NCBI GenBank assembly: GCA_030602715.1
Contig: JAUVZD010000001.1
Span: forward strand, 364,557 to 428,556
Length of the DNA: 64,000 nt
Direction of reading: 5' to 3'
DNA from: Candidatus Coatesbacteria bacterium
GTDB lineage: Bacteria; RBG-13-66-14; B26-G2; JAUVZD01
Position numbers and translations under genes: made by a program. Below, one piece after another: positions 57,385 through 64,000 of this stretch. How positions within the stretch are numbered: the stretch's first letter is position 1; each line of letters opens with the position of its first letter. Below the pieces are notes generated by a model, which was not told where the DNA came from, searched no databases, and saw nothing but the letters and a program-made list of their open reading frames with translations.

Positions 57385-58275
57385 TTACTGCGAGCCCAGC
57401 AACTCCATAATCTCCGCATCTTCCAGATAGGGCTCAAAGTTGGGCTCGGCGAGGATGTAGTAGTAAAAGTCCGGATACAGTTCAGTCAACTCCTGCAAGA
57501 TGGCAACCAGCTCGTCCTTTCTCCCCTGCAAGGCAAAGATGCACGCCTTCACATACAGTGCGTCAAAATACTGGGGATAGATTGCCAGCGCTTCCTCCAC
57601 AGCTTGCATCGCCTCATCCAGCCGACCCATCTCCTTCAAGACATACCCCTCAAGCTGATAGACGGATGGGTCCACATATTCCAACTCCTCAGCTTCCTCC
57701 AGTGCGGCAAACGCCCCCTCCAACTGTCCCTCCCCAGCCAGAATTACCGCTTTGGCGCAGTAAGACCGATAATCATCCGGAGCAAGGGCTATCATCTCAT
57801 CCACCAGCTGCAGGGCTTCGTCAGTGCGACCCAGGTTGTTCAAGGTTATGGCCTTGTTGTTCATAACATCTACATTTCCTGACTCTATCTCCAGAGCCCG
57901 GTCAAAGCAGTAAAGCGCTTCATAGAGGGAATCATAGGCAAGATAGATGCTCCCTTTGTAATTATATGCCTCCATGTTCTCCTCATCCAGAAGAAGAGCC
58001 TTGTCCGCCGCTCGCATGGCGCTTTCAAAGTCACCGGTCTGGATGGCGACAAAGGCAAACACCAACCAGGGGGCGGCATAATCGGGATAATCCTCCATAG
58101 CCTGAAATGCTATCTCCAACGCCGGCTCAAAATCCCAGTTTGCCAGATACTGTGCCGCCTCCTCCATCCTGGTCTGCAACTGTGGAGGCATTTCCTGCGC
58201 CGCTTGGGCGAGAAATGGGGACAGGCAGATGAGTGAGAACACAAGAACCGCAGAAACTACCACTCTTTCGGTCAT
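57385..58275 (-). CDS. Secreted TPR protein
   Basis: Signal peptide from ATG 58275, about 7 TPRs. C-terminal motif similar to that of 50321-51514. Confidence 0.85.
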   Translation of the reverse strand: MTERVVVSAVLVFSLICLSPFLAQAAQEMPPQLQTRMEEAAQYLANWDFEPALEIAFQAMEDYPDYAAPWLVFAFVAIQTGDFESAMRAADKALLLDEENMEAYNYKGSIYLAYDSLYEALYCFDRALEIESGNVDVMNNKAITLNNLGRTDEALQLVDEMIALAPDDYRSYCAKAVILAGEGQLEGAFAALEEAEELEYVDPSVYQLEGYVLKEMGRLDEAMQAVEEALAIYPQYFDALYVKACIFALQGRKDELVAILQELTELYPDFYYYILAEPNFEPYLEDAEIMELLGSQ

Positions 58276-58421
58276 AGACTTCTCCAGCTTCCTCCGATTG
58301 GAGTTGTCCCTGGATTTTACCAATAATAGATTGCCCTTCAAGGCTTGCTATGATAGCATCTCTAAGGTTAGAGTTAAAGACAAATAGATAATTTTAAGGA
58401 TTTTTTTAGCCCAAAACTACA

Positions 58422-59396
58422 TTGTCCACTATCTGCATAAAGAATATCCATCACACCTACATCTCCAAAAGCGGCATATTCGGTCGCAAGCGCAAGGAGG
58501 TGGAGGCGCTCAAGGGCATCTCCTTCACGGTGAATGAAGGGGAAATCTTCGGCTTGCTGGGACCAAACGGAGCGGGGAAGACCACTATGGTCAAGATTCT
58601 CATCACCCTGCTCATCCCCAGCTCAGGTTCCGCCACCGTCCTGGGCTACAATGTGGTCAGCGATGCGGCGAAACTCCGTCCGCTGATCGGCTTCGTGCTC
58701 GGCGGGGAGCGAGGGGTTTACTGGCGGCTCTCCGGTCGGGAAAACCTGCGCTACTTCGCCGACCTCTACGGCATCCCCCCTGCCGAAAGCTCTAAGCGCA
58801 TATCGCAGCTGCTGGAACTTGTGGGACTATCAAAACGGGGCGATGACAAGGTGGAGGGTTATAGCCGGGGGATGAAACAGAGACTACACATCGCCCGCTG
58901 CCTGTTGCACAACCCACGCATTCTCTTTCTGGATGAGCCAACTTTAGGTCTGGACCCGGTGGGAGCCAGGGAGATGCGCTCCCTCATAAAGCAGTTCCAG
59001 GAGGAGGGACGGACCATCTTCCTCACCACCCACTATATGTTTGAAGCCGACGAGCTATGCGACCGGGTGGCGGTCATCAGCAAGGGAACCGTCGCCGCCC
59101 TGGACAGCCCCAGAGAATTGAAGCGCTTCGTCGCCGATTTGCATGTGATAGAATGTGAGGTTTATGGAATTCTGCCCCGGCAGATTGAGCGCATCAAGAC
59201 CATAGCCTCGGTAACCGATGTAGCCATCCGGGACGAGGACGGCACCCAGAGGGTCTTCATCCACACCAAGGAGGGTGGCGCGGCAATGCCCAGAGTCATC
59301 TCCATTTTAGAGGACACCCGCGTGGGAAATATAAACTTAAGGGAGCCGACCCTGGAAGACGCCTACGTGCGTCTGGTTGGAGGGGAGATAGATTAA
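58422..59396 (+). CDS. ABC-2 type exporter, ATP-binding subunit
   Basis: GPNGAGKTT, YSRGMKQR, LFLDEPT.GLD, LTTHYM.EA..LCDR, PTLEDAY. Confidence 0.96.
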   Translation: MSTICIKNIHHTYISKSGIFGRKRKEVEALKGISFTVNEGEIFGLLGPNGAGKTTMVKILITLLIPSSGSATVLGYNVVSDAAKLRPLIGFVLGGERGVYWRLSGRENLRYFADLYGIPPAESSKRISQLLELVGLSKRGDDKVEGYSRGMKQRLHIARCLLHNPRILFLDEPTLGLDPVGAREMRSLIKQFQEEGRTIFLTTHYMFEADELCDRVAVISKGTVAALDSPRELKRFVADLHVIECEVYGILPRQIERIKTIASVTDVAIRDEDGTQRVFIHTKEGGAAMPRVISILEDTRVGNINLREPTLEDAYVRLVGGEID

Positions 59397-59397
59397 T

Positions 59398-60516
59398 ATG
59401 AATCGCAACTTTAACATCCTACGGTTTATATTTGCAGTCGTCCTGATATTCACCACCTTCCTCTCCTGCCTGGGCAGAGTGATGTGGAATGAGGTCTGGC
59501 GCACCCCGATAGGTCAGGTGGAGCCCGGTAATATCGCCAAACTGGGCAATCTGGTGGCGGTGGTCACCAACGATGAGACCACTCTGGCGGTCTTTGATGC
59601 CGGGAGCGGGGAGGCGCTCTGGGAATATTACACGGAAGCCTACTTCTACGCCCCTCCCACCATGCTCGCCGGCAATATCTACATCGGCGACTCCGAGGGC
59701 TCCATCCACTCCTTAACTTCCCAAGGTGAACTCCGCTTCACCTTTGACGGCGGTGATAGTATCCTCACTCCCCTCATCCCCTGGGGGAACAAACTATATT
59801 TCAGCGATGGCCCCCATCTGCGCTGCTTTAACCCCAAAGGTAAAGACATAGAGTGGAGTTTCACCGCCCACACAGGCGAAGGGGAGCGCCTCATCTGGTC
59901 CCCTCCGGCAATTGAGGACGGTCGTCTCTATTTCACTTGCGATGAATTCTTCTACTGCCTGGATGCTAGGTCGGGCGTTGAGCTGTGGCGCTACCAGACC
60001 ACCGACTACGCCGTCCTCGGCGTGCACCACCCCCCGGTCTTTCGTGAGGATAAAGTCATCGTTCCCAACCCCGGCGATAGACTGATCGCCCTCTACACAG
60101 CCGACGGCTCACTTGCCTGGGAGGCTCACATTCCGGGTAGTTTCTGGGAACAGCCCATGGATGTAGCCCTCATCTGCCAGCGGGGAAAGGTGTTTTACGG
60201 AGTCATGGGGGTAAGCACCTACTTCCAAGCCGAGGAGGAAACCCCCAAGCTGTTGGAGGGGATAATCATCGCTCAGTCCGCGGATGGAGGAGACATCCTT
60301 TGGCGCAAGAAGGTGGATACCTTCTCCGGACTCTTTTGGGACCACAACCGCCTGTTCGCCGTCTGCGGAAACAAGCTCTACTGGCTCAACCTAAACGATG
60401 GCTCTGCGCGGGCTTCCTTTGAGATAACCTCCAACATGGAAAGCCCCACCATCCGGGACGGCTATCTCTTCTACTACGACCCTCAGACCAGTGAGCTGGT
60501 GGGGGTAAGGCTGTGA
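59398..60516 (+). CDS. PQQ-like beta-propeller lipoprotein
   Basis: Lipobox FLSC, repeats AVFDAGSGEALWEY and YCLDARSGVELWRY. Confidence 0.8.
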   Translation: MNRNFNILRFIFAVVLIFTTFLSCLGRVMWNEVWRTPIGQVEPGNIAKLGNLVAVVTNDETTLAVFDAGSGEALWEYYTEAYFYAPPTMLAGNIYIGDSEGSIHSLTSQGELRFTFDGGDSILTPLIPWGNKLYFSDGPHLRCFNPKGKDIEWSFTAHTGEGERLIWSPPAIEDGRLYFTCDEFFYCLDARSGVELWRYQTTDYAVLGVHHPPVFREDKVIVPNPGDRLIALYTADGSLAWEAHIPGSFWEQPMDVALICQRGKVFYGVMGVSTYFQAEEETPKLLEGIIIAQSADGGDILWRKKVDTFSGLFWDHNRLFAVCGNKLYWLNLNDGSARASFEITSNMESPTIRDGYLFYYDPQTSELVGVRL

Positions 60517-61364
60517 GCCAAATACAAACATCAGACACCCTGATTCTAGAGATTACCTCCTCCGGTAAGGTAGGTTTGGGGGCACTCTTGCGGGCTATGT
60601 TCACCGCCGGTTGGTATAACCTCAAGATGATGGCAATAGACTGGTTCGTCATCTTCACCGTCATCGTTCAGCCTCTGCTGTTCGCCTTCCTGGCGGTTTT
60701 CCTTCTAAAGGGCAAGGGGGCGGAATTTCCCCTCATCTCCATCGTGGTGGGAAGCGGGATGGTGGGAATCTGGGGGGGCTTGCTCTTCAGCTCAGCCTTC
60801 AACTTAGAGGGGGAGCGCTGGATAGGTTCACTGGAGTATATCGTAGCCAGCCCCACCCCGCTAGGACCGGTCATCACCGCCAAGACCGCCTCCAACGTGC
60901 TCACAAGCTTCGTCTCCATGAGCGCCTGCTACGCACTGGCAGCCGCCCTCCTGCGGGTGCCCATCACCATAGCCAACATTCCCGCCTTCCTCCTGGCGGT
61001 TCTGGTCGCATTAGCCAGCCTACTCTGTTTCGGGATGCTCCTGGCTCCCCTCTTCGCGGTCAACCTGATGATGACTAGCTGGGCTAATGCACTTGAATTC
61101 CCCGTCTATATTCTGGGCGGATTCCTCTTCCCCATATCCCTCCTGCCCGGCTGGACCAACCCCCTCTCCTACATCCTGGCGCCGTATTGGGCATGCCGGG
61201 CTATGCGCGCCGCCGCCACTGGAGGTGAGGGGATGTGGGCTGAGATAAGTCTCTCCATCGCAGTCATGGCAATCCTCTCGGCGGTCTATGTCATACTCTC
61301 CTTCTGGCTCTTCAGGGTGGTCCTGCGCAGACTGCGAGAGAGGGCGCTTTTAGGGATGCAATAA
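60513..61364 (+). CDS. ABC-2 type permease
   Basis: Six TMs, ERWIGSLEY..ASP, LGGFLFPISLLPGW. Confidence 0.92.
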   Translation: MSQIQTSDTLILEITSSGKVGLGALLRAMFTAGWYNLKMMAIDWFVIFTVIVQPLLFAFLAVFLLKGKGAEFPLISIVVGSGMVGIWGGLLFSSAFNLEGERWIGSLEYIVASPTPLGPVITAKTASNVLTSFVSMSACYALAAALLRVPITIANIPAFLLAVLVALASLLCFGMLLAPLFAVNLMMTSWANALEFPVYILGGFLFPISLLPGWTNPLSYILAPYWACRAMRAAATGGEGMWAEISLSIAVMAILSAVYVILSFWLFRVVLRRLRERALLGMQ

Positions 61365-61408
61365 ACTCCATCAAAAAAGTTCACAGCAAAACAACAGGGA
61401 GAACTGAG

Positions 61409-62596
61409 ATGCCCAAGCAAAAGAGCGGAATCATCTATCTAATTGACATTGTGCAGGACCCGGCAAAGGTCTTCCTGGCCCTGCTCACCCTGATAGTGGC
61501 TCTGGCTTTAGTCTTCATCACCTACAACCTGACCCCCTTATTCGGTAATAGCTTGACCGGTTTTCTAAGCGGGCAATTCCAGGGGGAGATGAGCGAGCCG
61601 TTTGAGAATGCGGCCGCTGCCCTCAATCTGGCGCTTATGCTCTTCGGTGTGCTTTTGGCTTCGGTGGTGCTGATTCTGGGAAACGGGGCAATAAGCAAAA
61701 TGGTGCAGGAAGAGATCAGAGGCGGGCAAAAGGTATCCCCGGCGGAGGCTTTCCATTTCATCAAACGCCACTTCGCCTCCATGATATTTCTGCCCATCAT
61801 CCAGATTCTGGTCGGTTTCTGCGTGCTGGCGGTGGTCTTTACAGCATTGAGTCTGATCTATTCATTAAACTACATAGGACCGATAATCTCCGCCCTGCTC
61901 TACTTACCCCTTTCCCTCATCGCCCTCTTCACCCTCATCTATCTTGCGGTGAGTATGAGCATGATTCCCCCCATCGTGGTCAGCCGGGAGAGTGGATTCG
62001 CCGACACCTTCGCCCATGTCTTTCGGGTCTTCACCAAACAGATGGGGCGCTTCGTCTTCCTGGAGTTCGCCGCTCTGGTCTCCCTGCCCTTCATGGTGCT
62101 CTATATGTTGATTCTCTCCATCCACAACATCTGCACCTACGGTCTGGCGCGCATCGGACTGGTGGACCGGGAGGGGAGCCAGGATTCGCCGGAGCTATCC
62201 ATCAGGAAACTGCACCAAACCGCAGCTATCCCCGCACAGCCCACCAACGCCTACTTGATACCTCTTATATTCGTAGTAACTTTATTGATACTAATCATCA
62301 CCCTCCCCTTCCTGCCCTTCCTGTTCCTGCTGGTGGCGCTCTACGGCTACATCACCTACATCGCCATGCAGGTCATCATCTACAACAAGTTCTACGACTC
62401 CGACTACAGCCAGTTCAACCTGGACTTCCTGCGTGCCATCTTCAAGCGCCAGGCGCCCACCCGCCCGGTGGTGGCGGTCTGCCCCCACTGCGACGCCGCC
62501 ATCGTTGACAAGAAGCCCAGATACTGCCCCCGCTGTGGGAAGGAGCTGGGGAAGGCTCCGAAGCCGAAAGGGAAAGAAGAGACGAAAAAAATGTAA
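61409..62596 (+). CDS. Polytopic membrane protein with C-terminal zinc ribbon
   Basis: Multiple TMs, CPHCDAAIVDKKPRYCPRCG, Lys-rich tail. Confidence 0.8.
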   Translation: MPKQKSGIIYLIDIVQDPAKVFLALLTLIVALALVFITYNLTPLFGNSLTGFLSGQFQGEMSEPFENAAAALNLALMLFGVLLASVVLILGNGAISKMVQEEIRGGQKVSPAEAFHFIKRHFASMIFLPIIQILVGFCVLAVVFTALSLIYSLNYIGPIISALLYLPLSLIALFTLIYLAVSMSMIPPIVVSRESGFADTFAHVFRVFTKQMGRFVFLEFAALVSLPFMVLYMLILSIHNICTYGLARIGLVDREGSQDSPELSIRKLHQTAAIPAQPTNAYLIPLIFVVTLLILIITLPFLPFLFLLVALYGYITYIAMQVIIYNKFYDSDYSQFNLDFLRAIFKRQAPTRPVVAVCPHCDAAIVDKKPRYCPRCGKELGKAPKPKGKEETKKM

Positions 62597-62629
62597 GCGA
62601 GGATGCAAATCCTCGCCTAAAACAAACCC

Positions 62630-63430
62630 ATGGCAACCCCCTTCACTAATTTCCGCATATTCTGGCAGAGCGCCTATCTCTCCTACAAGGCGCTCTTCCG
62701 CTGGTTCTCGCCCATCTCTTACGCCTCCAGCAAGGTGATAATGCCCCTCTTCCAGCTCATCTTCTTCACCTTTCTGGGCACCTTCGCCACCGGCGCCGAG
62801 AACGCCCCCTTCTTCCTCATCGGCAATTCGGTGCTGGCGGTGGCGATCAACGGCATCTACGGCGTCTCCATGACCGTGGGGATGGAACGCAGGCAGGGCA
62901 CCCTGCCCTACCTCTTCGGCACCCCGGCAAACAGGCTCTTCCTTTTCAGCGGGCGGGCGGTGGTGCACATCTTTGACGGCATGGTGGGTGCGGGAATAAG
63001 CCTGCTCGCCGCGGTGCTCATCTTCCGCCTGGACCTCTCGGCCACAAATCCCCTCGCCTTCGCCCTGACCATCCTCATCACCTCCGCCTCCACGGCGGCT
63101 ATGGGACTTCTCCTGGGCTCCCTCTCTCTGGTCACCCTCAATGTGATGTTTTTTAACAATACTATCTATTTCCTCCTGCTGGTCTTAGCCGGGGTCAACC
63201 TCCCCCTGGAGATGCTCCCCGGCTGGGCGCGGATAATCTCTCAGGGACTTCCCCTGACCCGGGGGCTTGCCGCGGCGCGGATGATAGTCGCCGGTTCGGG
63301 CTTAGGCGACATCTGGTGGCTGCTGGTGCAGGAACTCGGCATCGGGGCGATATACTTCACCATCGGCTATATTGCCTTCAGCCTATTTGAGAGGGAAGCG
63401 AAGAAGCGAGGGACGTTGGAGGCGTATTAA
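62630..63430 (+). CDS. ABC-2 type permease
   Basis: ERRQGTLPYLFGTP, LAGVNLPLEMLPGW, PLTRG, six TMs. Confidence 0.92.
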   Translation: MATPFTNFRIFWQSAYLSYKALFRWFSPISYASSKVIMPLFQLIFFTFLGTFATGAENAPFFLIGNSVLAVAINGIYGVSMTVGMERRQGTLPYLFGTPANRLFLFSGRAVVHIFDGMVGAGISLLAAVLIFRLDLSATNPLAFALTILITSASTAAMGLLLGSLSLVTLNVMFFNNTIYFLLLVLAGVNLPLEMLPGWARIISQGLPLTRGLAAARMIVAGSGLGDIWWLLVQELGIGAIYFTIGYIAFSLFEREAKKRGTLEAY

Positions 63431-63510
63431 ATATTATGTGGTCAAGGCATACATTTATCAATCGTTCTTTTGAAAACTCTCTTATATAGAATTGGGCTTA
63501 AAAAAATGCC

Positions 63511-63539
63511 TTGACATAAACCAAGAAAAAGGATTTAAT
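63511..63539 (+). promoter_or_regulatory. Promoter of the hicB-like gene
   Basis: TTGACA-17 nt-TTTAAT, then GGAGG RBS and ATG 63576. Confidence 0.65.
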
Positions 63540-63575
63540 ATTCTACAAAGAATCATTAAATTGGAGGAAATTCCT

Positions 63576-63758
63576 ATGAAGTTCAACATACCAATAATAG
63601 TTGAAAAGGACGAGGATGGATACTTCGCCTACGCGCCCGACCTGCAGGGATGTTACACACAAGGCGATACCTATGAGGAGACTTTGGCGAATATTAAAGA
63701 TGTGGTCATCCTGCATATAGAGGACCGTTTGGAGTCGGGTGATAAAATTACAGTATAA
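63576..63758 (+). CDS. Short HicB-family antitoxin, no HicA partner nearby
   Basis: IIVEKDEDGYFAYAPDLQGCYTQGDTYEETLANIKD, 60 aa. Confidence 0.85.
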   Translation: MKFNIPIIVEKDEDGYFAYAPDLQGCYTQGDTYEETLANIKDVVILHIEDRLESGDKITV

Positions 63759-63770
63759 AATTACTAAAAT

Positions 63771-63803
63771 GCAAAGAGAAGGGGAACGCTGGAGGCGTAT
63801 TAG
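63771..63803 (+). repeat. Diverged 33-nt stub of the 62630-63430 permease 3' end
   Basis: GCA AAG AGA AGG GGA ACG CTG GAG GCG TAT TAG (AKRRGTLEAY*) versus 63398-63430 GCG AAG AAG CGA GGG ACG TTG GAG GCG TAT TAA (AKKRGTLEAY*). Confidence 0.8.
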
Positions 63804-63828
63804 GCGGTCATCATACTCACAATAAAAC

Positions 63829-63854
63829 ACCCCCATCCAAAATCGGGTGGGGGT
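63829..63854 (-). terminator. Hairpin terminator between convergent genes
   Basis: ACCCCCATCC/GGGTGGGGGT stem with an A run upstream, which is a U tract on the minus strand. Confidence 0.6.
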
Positions 63855-63885
63855 TATCTTTGCAGATAAAGCTCTATCTTAATTC

Positions 63886-64000
63886 CTACTCCTCCCACCC
63901 CATAGCCCTATAAAGCTCATAGACCGCCAATAGATAGTCGTGCAGAGCCTGCATGTAGCCAATCTCCGCTTGGCGCAGGGTCAGCTGGGAATCGGTAACA
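63886..64000 (-). CDS. C-terminus of a TolC-family outer-membrane efflux protein (partial)
   Basis: VTDSQLTLRQAEIGYMQALHDYLLAVYELYRAMG matches the OEP C-terminal helix. Confidence 0.75.
   Translation of the reverse strand, partial: VTDSQLTLRQAEIGYMQALHDYLLAVYELYRAMGWEE

Overview
A 64 kb stretch of bacterial chromosome from a diderm organism. PorV-like, YjbH-like, Omp85 and TolC genes suggest the FCB group or a candidate phylum (inference). The backbone is GC-moderate housekeeping DNA: miaB-mutS-mutL-miaA; rph/rdgB/murI/GerMN/amidase/smpB; folE2, MATE, prenyl synthase, xseAB, folD, ymdB, rny with a probable 6S RNA; accA; corC-like, dinB, lexA, guaA, nadB; and an ABC-2 exporter. It is interrupted by AT-rich or CpG-rich foreign patches carrying restriction-modification genes and gene fragments. 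No integrase, transposase, tRNA, rRNA or CRISPR array was seen. Four things stand out. (1) A cluster at 15.2-20.5 kb pairs a PqqD/RRE-like radical SAM-SPASM enzyme and a methyltransferase with a membrane protein ending in CACACACAGCACACAGGGR, plus three Zn-ribbon proteins. This is a candidate RiPP-like modification system acting on a membrane-anchored substrate. (2) In four places a cargo gene is bracketed by a second, usually diverged copy of the 3' end of the upstream gene (mutL, accA, a DNA MTase, an ABC permease). (3) A candidate new LexA box, CAAC-N4-GTWG, sits at exactly the same position in the lexA and dinB promoters. (4) An AT-rich three-gene island encodes an EVE-like/PD-(D/E)XK nuclease with a DNA MTase. 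All family calls come from motif recognition by eye; no database search was run.
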